64,000 bases of DNA, taken from positions 12,992,195 through 13,056,194 of the forward strand of contig NC_068981.1 in NCBI RefSeq assembly GCF_001194135.2, given 5' to 3'. Of this stretch, positions 26,401-38,597 are shown piece by piece (position 1 is the stretch's first letter; each line of letters opens with the position of its first letter). Source of the stretch: Octopus bimaculoides (lineage: Eukaryota). A program made the position numbers and the translations under genes. The notes under the pieces are model-generated. The model ran no database searches. It was not told the origin of the DNA and saw only the letters and a list, made by a program, of their open reading frames with translations.

Positions 26401-27639
26401 TTGAATTTTCCGTGGAGTCTTTGCAAGAGAATTTTTTTTGTCATCTCTATCTTCATTAACCACGTGGAAGCACAACAAAAGCAATAAGTGGTGGTGTTAG
26501 TAATAAGATGCTACTCAATGTTTGGAGTACAGAACTGATGTTTAATGATATGGAAAGTGAGAGAAATATTATGAAGCGTGCGCAGTGTCTAATGCTATCG
26601 GTGTTTCATTTTTTAAATCTAAACTCTGCTCGATATCTTTTCTGTGATGAGTACAATAATAAAACTAAGAGAGGCTTTGTTTTATAATTTGAAAACCACC
26701 ATAAAAGAATAATGGGTTCAACTTAATATAAGTTGATCGCATATATCTGTTTCTGTTTTGAAGAGAAGTGCTTTATGCTATCTAGATTATTACATTTGGA
26801 ACCCACAGGAAATCATTGGCTTAGTGGGTGTAGACGTTTCGTTATCACCATATTTACTGTGTAGGCCATGTCGTCGTTTAAATCTATCAATATTATCTAC
26901 TAATATTTCAAAATGCTTCTGAAATATCTGTCCGCAGAGCTTGTGCTCAGCATTAAGCGTTGGCAAACTGAGCGAATCTTCCATTTTTCAAATACTAAGT
27001 GAAAGTGTCGTCATTTTCCCGGATACGAACTGCATTAGAAATAAGGGGTTTAACATTCTATTTTATCTGCAATTTTTATACGTCTTCACTTCATTTATGT
27101 ATACAATTTTCAACACTTTTCAAATTAGATTATGTACAAATTTTCGTTATGTAAACATACGCCTTATAAGGACCAAAGTACGCCTAGTGTGATAGTCTAT
27201 TTTAGTGCTAAAAGTGAACATACAGTACTTGAACTACAGAGCCGGTATCTACTCTCCGCATGTAAATATATGCATAGACACGCAATAGTAATGGGATGGA
27301 ATGCATAACAAGCATACAATTATTAAATTGCTAGAATGCAGACCATCTTTAGCAAAAGAGATCAAAATATCGAATGTGCACTAAATGAGGTACCTCTATC
27401 AGGTATAATATAGAACTCTGACAGACACTGATACATGGACATGCATATGCACATGCATATACACATACATACATACATACATACATATATACATAAATGC
27501 ATACGTACGTACATACATAAATACATACATACATGCATACATACATGCATACATGCATACATACATACATGCATACATTCATACATGCATACATACATAC
27601 ACACAAAAATATATATATATTATATATAAGTATACGTTA

Positions 27640-28270
27640 GAGGTTCTTTGAAATCTCTAATGGACGGTTAAATCCAAAGGTGCTCATGGGAATTACGAAC
27701 TTTATTAAGAGAGGTTTAGTACATAGTATTAGCAATAGAATGTGACGCCTGTGTTCCAACTAACATTATTTTGATAAGCATAAGGATATAACAGAATTAA
27801 CAGAAATCCACACGATAATACCATTAACACTAACCACGCAACAAACGTCACTACAAACAACACCAACAATAAGAACAGTATAGATAAGCTCAACAAAATT
27901 AGTAGCAATAGAAGCAATATTAAATCCAATACACAAATCACCAATATTATAACCAATGACAACATGAATACCAACAATTTGATAATCAATAAAATAAACA
28001 TTAACAAGACTAATAACACGAATTATGAAAATAAGTTGAAAAATAAAAAAAATANNNNNNNNNNNNNNNNNNNNNNNNNNNNNNNNNNNNNNNNNNNNNN
28101 NNNNNNNNNNNNNNNNNNNNNNNNNNNNNNNNNNNNNNNNNNNNNNNNNNNNNNNNNNNNNNNNNNNNNNNNNNNNNNNNNNNNNNNNNNNNNNNNNNNN
28201 NNNNNNNNNNNNNNNNNNNNNNNNNNNNNNNNNNNNNNNNNNNNNNNNNNNNNNNNNNNNNNNNNNNNNN

Positions 28271-28302
<32 letters not shown>

Positions 28303-29740
28303 GTATATATACAGGAGTAATAGTAAAGATAAACCCAACTATAGGAATAAACTCGATAGTCATAACTATAATTTCAGACGCCTTACAAACAATGAGGCTG
28401 ATTTCTATATCAGACATAGCAATACTAACAATAAACGTAATAGTGATAAGATCTGGCTCGTAATTCCTTTCGCCATGCACCTCAAATCCAACATATTTCG
28501 CTCATTAATGAAACTAATGGATAAACACTTGGACGTAAATGATAAATATGCAGCAATATTTAAGAATAAAATTAAAGTAGGCCACAGCCTGACTAGTAAC
28601 CTAGCTACCATCATAGTCTCGTTTAATAATAGAAAAAAAAACTGGACACATTCTATGAAGCTAGGAAACTTATGAACAATAAATCTAATAACCAACAGAC
28701 TAATAGAACAAATTCCAGCATTAATGAAGCGCCTCCTAGCAACACAAGGAACAGAGTATCAATAACTCCCACAACACAACACGAATACATATATACCTAA
28801 TAATTTATGTGGTTTCAAGGATAGAAGTCAGTGCTAATTCTCTTATAGATCCAAGATTAAAAACAGTTTACCAATGTGACGTAAACACATATAGCCACAT
28901 AAAACACCGTATAAGAGCCACGAAAAACCAAATGATATTCAGGTACATGCACACCAATTTAGCTCCAGAAACACGAGTAATACAAATTCAACAGCGCTTA
29001 TTAGCTATATCTGGGAGCTTAAGGCCAAATATACAGAATAAGATTAATAGGGCGCATACACGCAAAAACAACTTCTTACAACTCTATCAATAGACTGTGC
29101 GATCTCTGTTAACGGAACGCCTGGACATTCTAACGGCTAAACCACTTCTGCTTAATAGAAAATATGAGAACAGATGTTCTTGTCTACATATATGGCTATT
29201 TGTTTTTTCCAAGTATCTGTAAACCTGCTTGACCCTGTACAAATCCTACGCTAGCATCTTCATATAAATAATCCTATTTAACCGGGAACGACATAAACTA
29301 CTTACATGCAAAAATTAACCTCCCAAACCCCACTTGCTTTGCACAGCCCATAATAAATTATTTTACACCTACACAGGGCTTCCTCCATTACTACGAACTT
29401 CCTACAACTTTAAGTTCAAAAGATATCTCTTACACACCCCGGACTGAGTAATCCGGATAGAGTTAGCCCCCTTTTCACTATGAGTTAGAGTCAACCCCTT
29501 TCTTTACTCCACTGCTGAAAAGTATATCCAGGATAAACACGTGGACAATATGCGCTTACTTTATCTTCGGACTACAGTTCAAAATAACCTCCATCCTGCA
29601 TCCACTTCGCAGAAGAATTATCAACTAAGAAATATACTAATGTATCCCTATGTCTCTCTGTGCATCCTGATGGTGTTTACCACTACAACTGGTAAACAGA
29701 AACGATCGTAAATGTATTATTACTACCACTTTTCTTAAAT
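27640..29740 (+). mobile_element. Penelope-like element relic (post-RT region, GIY-YIG endonuclease, 3' UTR)
   Basis: IWLVIPFAMHLKSNIFRSLMKLMDKHLDVNDKYAAIFKNKIKVGHS resembles WFNPPYS...LIDKHF....IF....KVSYS. NSTALISYIWELKAK and CDLC/TERLDILTAK match the PLE endonuclease C-terminus. An Asn-rich insert and an N-gap lie upstream, with several stops and frameshifts. Confidence 0.8.
29660..29717 (+). ncRNA. Type I minimal hammerhead ribozyme-like motif at the PLE 3' end
   Basis: GTGCATC-CTGATGG-TGTTTACCA-ctacaac-TGGTAAACA-GAAAC-gatc-GTA-AATGTAT. Stem II is a perfect 9 bp and stem III is palindromic (ACGATCGT). The core has CTGATGG in place of CTGATGA. Confidence 0.65.
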
Positions 29741-29804
29741 AATTAATTAAATTAAAGGCTTACTAACGCAAACGACCAATTTCTTTTTCCTCCATTTTAT
29801 TCTT

Positions 29805-29839
<35 letters not shown>

Positions 29840-30547
29840 NNNNNNNNNNNNNNNNNNNNNNNNNNNNNNNNNNNNNNNNNNNNNNNNNNNNNNNNNNNNN
29901 NNATATATATACACACAAAACACAAAAGAATAAAAATTAGAGTTTTCGCGCCAACATTTTATAATTCTTATATTGGTTCGTACACACACAAACTTACATA
30001 AAACCATAAAGCAATTATCGAATTCGGTTGCCGCTAGCCAACTTTTCAGACTCTTAGCATTACTGTAGTACATATATTGAGAATATCGAAGAACTATATC
30101 ATTAGAATTTAGGTCACAGAATATGTGAGTTATAAGTTAAACAGTTTAGCGGGCCAAGTCTCGAAATCACTGTACCCTCATACAGAAAATATTTCAGTAG
30201 CATGGTCCCCACGAATTTCTCCATCTGTTATGCCCTCTTTAATTTACAACAACTCTTCCATTTCACTGCCGCTTGTAAAACGTTAAATTACATTTGCAAA
30301 ACACACACACAAACTCAAATATATCTCTGTGTGTGTGAGTGTGTGTGTGTGTGCGTTTGTGTGAGTGTGAGTATAGCGATGACTATATATTTTTTTTAGG
30401 CGGAGGGTGGGGAACCTGAAGTCATCGTAACTAACAGATTTCAAGATAATTAGTAGGACATTTACAGTGATTGCCTAAACCAACTGTTTTTACCTTATCT
30501 GCAATGGTTATATATGTGTTTTTCGTCATTTAACAAATATGCAACAG

Positions 30548-30790
30548 ATACAGGCACCATTAAAATGACACTAAATTCAATGTTTATTTAAACCATTTTT
30601 ATCTGCATCAGTCAATGGAACAATGAATCATCTGATAAAAATCGCATCCCGACACAAGGATCGAGTTTTATAATTAATCATACGGTAGTGTTTGTTCACC
30701 TCTGTGCTTTTACTGTTTAAGCTACATAGCTCTGTTATCAATGTATCATTTTGCATAAAACTGAAGCAAACCATTTTCTATTTGCATGTT
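30548..30790 (+). pseudogene. Possible decayed Ig C-type exon
   Basis: After cag the phase-1 frame reads (D)TGTIKMTLNSMFI*TIFICISQWNNESSDKNRIPTQGSSFIINHTVVFVHLCAFTV*AT*LCYQCIILHK. YQCIILH resembles the YxCxVxH F-strand. There are three stops. Confidence 0.2.
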
Positions 30791-32453
30791 AATATATTTC
30801 AACGTTGATTCACATATTTTCTTTTTCTTTTGGATACTCTTGGCGCCATAAACGTGGATCAATTACGTATTTTAAATTATGGAACCGATTATTACTAAGA
30901 TAAATGCAGATAAAACATGCAAAATAATAAATAGGGGAATTTAGGAAATAATTTACAATAAGAAAGTAATATTGCCTATCCGAGACGCGAGGGATTGATG
31001 TAAGATTAGGCTATTCATGACAAAATACAGGAAATATAATTTCATTCTTCATTCATCTTTAAAACATCCCTTTATCTCATTGAGAGGAAAGTTCAGAGCA
31101 AACTTCGTGTTATAGCCGTGAGCAATATTCAAAATAATATCCAGATGATTTCATATAATTTTAAGTTTTAAAAGAACGATCACAGGAAGTGATAAACATA
31201 TTGGCGCCATAACAGTAACATATGATAATATAATACCAATATATTTATCACTCTCTCTCGCTCACTTACACAAACACCAACACACACACAAACATATATA
31301 CGTATGTGTATATATATATATATNNNNNNNNNNNNNNNNNNNNNNNNNNNNNNNNNNNNNNNNNNNNNNNNNNNNNNNNNNNNNNNNNNNNNNNNNNNNN
31401 NNNNNNNNNNNNNNNNNNNNNNNNNNNNNNNNNNNNNNNNNNNNNNNNNNNNNNNNNNNNNNNNNNNNNNNNNNNNNNNNNNNNNNNNNNNNNNNNNNNN
31501 NNNNNNNNNNNNNNNNNNNNNNNNNNNNNNNNNNNNNNNNNNNNNNNNNNNNNNNNNNNNNNNNNNNNNNNNNNNNNNNNNNNNNNNNNNNNNNNNNNNN
31601 NNNNNNNNNNNNNNNNNNNNNNNNNNNNNNNNNNNNNNNNNNNNNNNNNNNNNNNNNNNNNNNNNNNNNNNNNNNNNNNNNNNNNNNNNNNNNNNNNNNN
31701 NNNNNNNNNNNNNNNNNNNNNNNNNNNNNNNNNNNNNNNNNNNNNNNNNNNNNNNNNNNNNNNNNNNNNNNNNNNNNNNNNNNNNNNNNNNNNNNNNNNN
31801 NNNNNNNNNNNNNNNNNNNNNNNNNNNNNNNNNNNNNNNNNNNNNNNNNNNNNNNNNNNNNNNNNNNNNNNNNNNNNNNNNNNNNNNNNNNNNNNNNNNN
31901 NNNNNNNNNNNNNNNNNNNNNNNNNNNNNNNNNNNNNNNNNNNNNNNNNNNNNNNNNNNNNNNNNNNNNNNNNNNNNNNNNNNNNNNNNNNNNNNNNNNN
32001 NNNNNNNNNNNNNNNNNNNNNNNNNNNNNNNNNNNNNNNNNNNNNNNNNNNNNNNNNNNNNNNNNNNNNNNNNNNNNNNNNNNNNNNNNNNNNNNNNNNN
32101 NNNNNNNNNNNNNNNNNNNNNNNNNNNNNNNNNNNNNNNNNNNNNNNNNNNNNNNNNNNNNNNNNNNNNNNNNNNNNNNNNNNNNNNNNNNNNNNNNNNN
32201 NNNNNNNATATATATATATATATATATATACAGATACATGCATACATACGTACATGCATAAATAGACAGGCAGATAATATGATATCATATAGGGTAACAC
32301 GATAAAATACACTATGATATATGCCTCGCTGCTCTGTAGAATTTGGTATACAAATTATAGACATGCAATTTATGTATGAGTCATGAATATAGCAATGCTT
32401 TATAATGCAATGCATTTATGACCAGTGTTCTAAATTTACGAAGATATGTTTCG

Positions 32454-32709
32454 AAAAACCCTTGATAACGTCAAATAAAAACTAAGTTTTTGTACTTTTT
32501 GGTAAAGACATTCTTGGATGCATCGTTAATGGAAATATTTCAGAACAAAATTTATCGTGGATAATATAACTGTATCACAGGAATATAAATATCAAACAGA
32601 TAAAATTGTAAATAGTACCATATCTCTTTGCCTACGTGCAAAGTGATTGACACTGGTAATATATTTAGTGAAGGTATCTACAGGAGGATAGAAATTACAT
32701 TGCAGTATC
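32454..32709 (+). pseudogene. Decayed immunoglobulin-superfamily domain exon (I-set-like)
   Basis: In-frame KPLITSNKN*VFVLFGKDILGCIVNGNISEQNLSW (Cys 32519, Trp 32558). Frameshifted segments read DNITVSQEYKYQTDKIVNSTISL and DTGNIFSEGIYRRIEITLQY, ending TAT-C|gtaaat (phase-1 donor). The acceptor appears mutated (tttcg) and the second Cys is absent. Confidence 0.5.
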
Positions 32710-32968
32710 GTAAATTTCGCTGCATAGAACAAGTTTGGAAAATGTGCTGCTTACATAGGAATGACAGAACTCATAGAATATGATTTTGAAAGATGTCTAG
32801 ATTTCAAATCCTACAGCTTTACAGTGAGGAAGTAAAAACCCTCAACAAATAATGCGAAATTCACGTAACTTAAATCTGTAAAAGAATCGAAAAGTCAGTT
32901 ACAGTTTGATTATTTTCTTTCTTACTTTACATAGGCTGCAGAGGATCTTAACTAGATGAATACTTTTT

Positions 32969-33385
32969 TTAGAAATAATACATTTCTACAGTAGTGATAC
33001 GATGAAGTAGTTGTATGCTGTCAACATAATGTGACAGTGCCCTGAAGGGAATCATACCTACTGTCGGCCTTGACACATTTCCTCTGTCCTTATGTTTACA
33101 AGGGGGAGACAAGCACCTGCACCCAACCAAGCCTGCATCGAGAGACATGTTTCTGAGTCTTTGCTCTTCATCAGTCGGGAGTAGCATGACTTGCTAGTCG
33201 AAGATGCCTGTCACGCTTTTGTAAACATATAATAATTCTAGTGAAATACATTCACTGATTTCAGATTTAGAAATAAAACATTTCTAAATCTGTCAGAGAG
33301 ATTAATGCAGTAGTGACACGATGAAGTAGTTTTGCTGTCAACTTAATGTAACAGTCCAGTGAAGAAAATAATACTACTGTTGGTT
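32969..33385 (-). mobile_element. Terminally redundant ~300-nt unit with an internal hammerhead-like motif (PLE- or retrozyme-like)
   Basis: Diverged direct repeats at 32969-33068 and 33267-33385 (offset 298-319 nt because of a 21-nt insertion) flank a minus-strand CTGATGA...GAAAC motif. Confidence 0.5.
33138..33180 (-). ncRNA. Degenerate type I hammerhead-like motif
   Basis: The minus strand reads TCCCGA-CTGATGA-AGAGCAAAGACTCA-GAAAC-AT-GTC-TCTCGA. Stem III is palindromic (ACATGT) and stem I forms 4 of 6 pairs. Confidence 0.5.
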
Positions 33386-33439
33386 AGACCTAAATGAATA
33401 GAGGAATGCGTGTATGTATATCCATTGAAGCCCAGCAAA

Positions 33440-34410
33440 CGTCATCAGTGGTGTCCCTCTGGGTACTGTCTTGGGTTCGCCCTCTCTTTATAGTCTATAT
33501 AAAATACATTTCAAGCGTCATTACACGCAGCAAAGTGAAAAATTCCCCGTTGACTCCAAGCTCCTGAAAAATCATCAACGGAACAAAAAGACCGAGCTCA
33601 ACACCAGTCTGATTTATATGCTCTAAGTGAAGAGGGAGAGAAAAACGAAATGCAAATAAACGAGGGAAAATTTGAACTAATGCTTTCTGTTAAGAGGACT
33701 ATGCTAAAACGATCATATTCTCTTCCTTCAGGGGAACCACTCACATCATCTAATAATATCAGAGACCGATGAGTAATTGTTGACGACAACCTCAGCTGGA
33801 ATACCCACATCAAAAGTAAAATCGGTACAGCTCGGAAGATGAGCTCCTGGATCATAAGAACATTCCGTTCCAGAGAAAAAGGTGTCAGGATCCCTATTTT
33901 GTCCTTCTTTCTACAGCCACACCTCGAATACTGCTATCCATTGTGGTCCCCCCACACAACGCAAAACATTTCGAGAAGTGAATCATCCCAGAGGGCATTC
34001 ACTAAAAGAATTGAAGACATGACTGATCTCGATTATTAGGGACGTCTAAAAGCATTGAATCTCTATTCTATCCAGCGCCACCCTAAGCGATGCATCATTT
34101 GCACAAGGTGGAGAATATACCATTAGCATTGTCCAAATGACCTTTAAAATAGTTTCAGAATTCATCAAAGGTTAGGAGCACGTGTCATACGTCCCTTACA
34201 CAATTCAAGATCACAACGCATAAATACACTGCAACACAATTTCTTTTCCTCTAGCCTATTTACTATTATCTCAAATTAAATCAAAGAGAAAAAAATCCCA
34301 TCACCTTGAAACAGAATCTGGGTAAATTACTTCAAAGGATACCAGACAAGCCATATATACCTGTATACAACTCACTCAACAAGAACTCCGTCCGTGAATT
34401 CACCGTGTTA
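33440..34410 (+). mobile_element. CR1-type LINE 3' relic
   Basis: VISGVPLGTVLG, IVDDNLSWNTHI, SSWIIRTFRSRE and PHLEYCYPLWSPH. Confidence 0.85.
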
Positions 34411-34843
34411 CCACAAAGCTTGACGTGAATTTAACAAATTCTATCAGGTATGTACTATTAAGTTATACGTGCCTAGGCCAATTTTTGGTCGAAACCTATC
34501 TGAGCTATGTGTGTTTGTGTATGTTTGTATGTGTGTGTGTGTCCGTTGCATTTGCTTGGAAACACACTAATAACATTTACTATTGTCACACTGGATTAAT
34601 ATTGGTGTAGTGGTGCATCTTTTGCATTAATACAAGGTTTTCTGTATCGTAAGGTGTTGAAAAGGGGAACTGAGACAACACTTGTACTGCAAACCTCTGT
34701 ATTCTGTTTTCTCTTAGTGTTCGTCAACATTTAATATTTCAATATAACTGAACTGGAAAAGCATAAACAAGTATGATAGAATAAAGCATAGAAAGATTAT
34801 TTATGATCTTATGTATTGAATGATGTATATGAAATATACTTTA

Positions 34844-36125
34844 TATGAAGTGCGTTCAAAAAGTATCCGACATTTAGGAATTTTGAGATTCTTTATATTT
34901 CTCAAATTTTATTTATTCATATTCAAAATATACTCCTTGGGAGTTCACACACTTCTCACAGCGGTTCTGTAATTACCGTTAACATCTCTTGAACGCCTTC
35001 TCTGGAATTCTATAGAGCTCCGCCGTCGCTTTACTGATAACTCCCTCACCCTCAAATCTTTTCCCTTACAGCGTGGTTTTTAGATTTGGGGAGAGCCTGA
35101 AGTCACACAGTTCCAATTCGGGAGTGTAGGGAGCTTGCGGAATAAGTGGTGTGTTGTTCGGTGGGCAGAAATGTGGGGTGCATTGCCTTGGTGCGGATGC
35201 CACTTCTTCGTCGCCGACATGTTCGGGCACTTCGAGCACCTTGGACGCACAACATTGTGAAGTTGATAGTAGTATTTTTTTTTATGTTTTAGCTTTCTGT
35301 TGCATATTCATAATGCACAATACTGCAGGACTCAAAGCAGCAGGTCAACATTACCTTCACATTGCTGCGAAGCCCTCATGTTCTTCTGGACCTTAGTGAT
35401 GACAAATATTTCTATTGGGAAGGCTGGAACTTGCTTTACGGATCGTAACCATAAACCCCTAATTTACCACTTGTGATGATGTTCTCATGAAGTCTGGGTC
35501 GTAGTTTGCACAGTCCAACATGTACTAACGATTTCTGTTTGTGCTTCTTCTGATGCTCCACCTGCATCTTGGAGACGAATTTCGCTGACACTTTCTGTAT
35601 GCACAAATCCTCCATTAAAATTGAATGCACTCATACTGTGCTTATTTCAATTTGGTAAATAATTTTCAAGATTGTTACACGAGGTATTCGATGACACTTC
35701 ACCGCACTTTCTCAATCGGCACCTTGTTTTGGCTTGTGGATGGCCTACTGAGCGTGTGTTGTCCTCCAATGAGGTTCGGTCAAGTTTCAAGGTGAAGTAT
35801 CTCTCCTAGATCTGAATTTTGTCCATCACATCACCATCAAAGGACTGTTAAATATTTTGAGTGGTTTCAGCTTGAGTATCACCGAGATTTTTGTAAAACA
35901 TGATGAAATATCTCTATGGTCCAGCATAAACAACAATCGGACGAGCGCGCACTCCACGCTTATACTCTAAATGCAACGGTTGGTAACCGACGCAGCCTAC
36001 CGGTATAAAAGTTTTTGCTGTGTTCAGAAAGGCTGGCATATTTTCGAAACCAAGAGTTTTTGCCTCACGGCATTAATTTTGCCGGAAGAAAACAAGGCCG
36101 AATATTTTTTTCAGCGCACTTTGTA
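34844..36125 (-). mobile_element. Mariner element, near full length, decayed
   Basis: Imperfect TIRs: tatgaagtgcgttcaaaaagtatccgac versus the reverse complement of gccgaatatttttttcagcgcactttgta, with TA ends. The translation includes KVSAKFVSK, NIITSGKLGVYGYDP (WVYGYDP motif) and PYTPELELCDF (YSPDLAPCDF motif). Confidence 0.85.
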
Positions 36126-36229
36126 AAAAAAAAAAATTGTTTTAATTTTAATTGAAGAAAGAAAACATAAAACTAGTAGCAATATTCTGCGATTCATAGA
36201 GGCTGTGGGGATAAATTCAAGAATTTTCG

Positions 36230-36345
36230 CAAATCTGATGCAATCGCACTTGCATTTCTAGAATGTTAATGTAATTAAAAGAATACAAATCTGATGCAAT
36301 CGCACTTGCATTTCTAGAATGTTAATGTAATTAAAAGAATACAAA
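36230..36345. repeat. Exact 56-bp tandem duplication
   Basis: caaatctgatgcaatcgcacttgcatttctagaatgttaatgtaattaaaagaata begins at both 36230 and 36286. Confidence 0.95.
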
Positions 36346-37549
36346 AATAAACATACGATAATGCTTATAGAGATATTCTATACTGACCATTATTTAATCG
36401 AGCATTTGTTAATGAACATCAAGAAAGATACTCCCCAATATCTATAACGGTTAGAAATGTATGGCTTCTAGAATTTATGCAATGTTTATGACAATGTTTG
36501 AATTACCTACTTCGTTCAGAAGTTTATTTACCTGAGGCATGTAGACGCACGTATTGCTTCATAATAGTATATAGCTATATATATATATAAAACAGTCTTC
36601 TAAAATTAACAAACGGATGGCATATATCTTCTCTGAATAACGTGTGTATACTGCAGTTACTTCTCAGTTCGCTTTTGGAGCTAAAATTTAATTTACTATA
36701 TTTAATCTGGTTCTTAATAGAAGTTAATGAAAGAATTACTGAAAAAAGTAAGCAACGTGAAGGATGTTTTCTTCGCCACAGTATATCAAATAAGATATTA
36801 AAGTAGCGGGGATTTAATATGTTACATAGCAGAACATACATGCGATACGATAGATCAAGAGATTTTCAAGCTTCAGTTGTTCGCCATTTTATAGTGCAAA
36901 TATCACTTACAAAAATATGCACATTAAATGATCGTATAATCGAATAAATTGCGTGAGGAAGACAATCAATATCTATTTCCATTAATGGGATATTGTTGGA
37001 AGAAAGTTCAAACATTCCACATCAAAGAATATAAAAATAGAATTAATAAAAAGAAATACGTACGATATTACTAATGACAATAGATATATTATGAACGAAA
37101 TCCAAATACAAAGGAGAGTTTGAAACCGAATGCAGAAGGCCGTTATTAAAATTTTATATTAGCCTCACCGCTTAAAGAAAAGGCTGAACATACATGCTAA
37201 GTATGGTTAGTTATGCAAAATCAGATATATAAATACATGCGAATGGCCGTGCACACGCGCACACACACGTACATATGCACGCACACACAGGTGTGTGAGA
37301 GTAAAAGTATTCCATTCTCGTAGACATGCAAAGGAATGTAGATATCAGGTGGCTTCATTTTCAATCTCTCCAATTGTCACTTCTGTAAGTGAATCTAAAT
37401 GTAGCCTCCGTGTGTGTCATATCATGGCAGGAGTTATTTTGATGATGCGTGCGCTCGCGTGTGGGCATGTATGATCGGACATTTAATTACTTGTATATTG
37501 AGAACAATTTAATTCCAATTTTGGGTTTATAATACTGGTTTTATAAAAC

Positions 37550-37720
37550 TGGATTCAAGTTTTGGCTCAAGGCCAGCAATTTCTTGGACTGGTTGGAATT
37601 AGTCACTCACCAGGTACTTCTGTTATCATCCTTGAAAGGATGAATGGCAAAGTTGACTGCAGCGGAATTTCAACTCGGAAACTAAGTTCGCTAAGCATTT
37701 TGTTAGGCGCGGAGACAATT
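37550..37720 (-). mobile_element. SINE fragment
   Basis: aggccagcaattt...gaaaggatgaatggcaaagttgac...gcggaatttcaactc, the same family as 13075. Confidence 0.65.
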
Positions 37721-38454
37721 TAGCACACCATAACTGTGTTATAGTATCCTGTGTGTTGATATTTAAAAATACGAGTTGGAATGTACAAATGTTTCCTTCC
37801 CCATTTTAAATGAACATAACTTTGTTAAAAAGGACTTTTTAAAAATTGTAAAAGTATCGTCTAAAATATATCGATACTTCCTCTACTACATGATAGTACA
37901 CAAATGAGGCTTTGTTATCGCAGCAGTATATAATTATATACACAAATATACATGTGTATATATATGTGCGCATGTCTGTGTGTGTGTTTGCGTTTGTGTT
38001 TGTGTGTGTGTGTCTATGTAAGTATGTATGTATATGTATATATAGCAAGGAAAATAATTAGCGAATTACGCGCTTTTGGTTCTGCGTTGTTTACAATTGT
38101 TTCATCAACTTCAATGAAACCAATGTTGCTTAATGTTATTACCATATCCACAACTTCTGGTTTATCTCTGTGGACTAAAAAATCGCACCATGTCAACCCA
38201 TGTTCGAATCAGCTAATCTGAATGTTGCCTAAACCAATGAGCTGATTCACTACTTATTTCAACGAAAGCTGTATATACACCTTTAATGTAACCATAAGTA
38301 GGCAGTCATAATTAAGCAAATCAATGGAAGAATATTATAGCTACCTACTGAAGATTACTTAAAATGTATTAATGAGGGTAGAAATTGATATTAATCAATT
38401 AAAACCAGTGGTCTAGCATATTAAAAAAAAACCGAAGATTAAAATTATATTACA

Positions 38455-38597
38455 TACAAAAATAAGAGGAATGACCAGCAAAAGTGGACTCCGATATGCT
38501 AGAAATAGATGCCGAATCCTTTCGAGGTTAGATGATTCGGCATCTATTTCTAGCATATTGGAGTCCATTTGTGCCGGGCATTCCTCTTATTTTTGTA
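38455..38597. repeat. Near-perfect 64-bp hairpin (MITE-like)
   Basis: Arms 38455-38518 and 38534-38597 with a 15-nt loop. The inner ~25 bp are perfect and TA lies at both ends. Confidence 0.95.
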
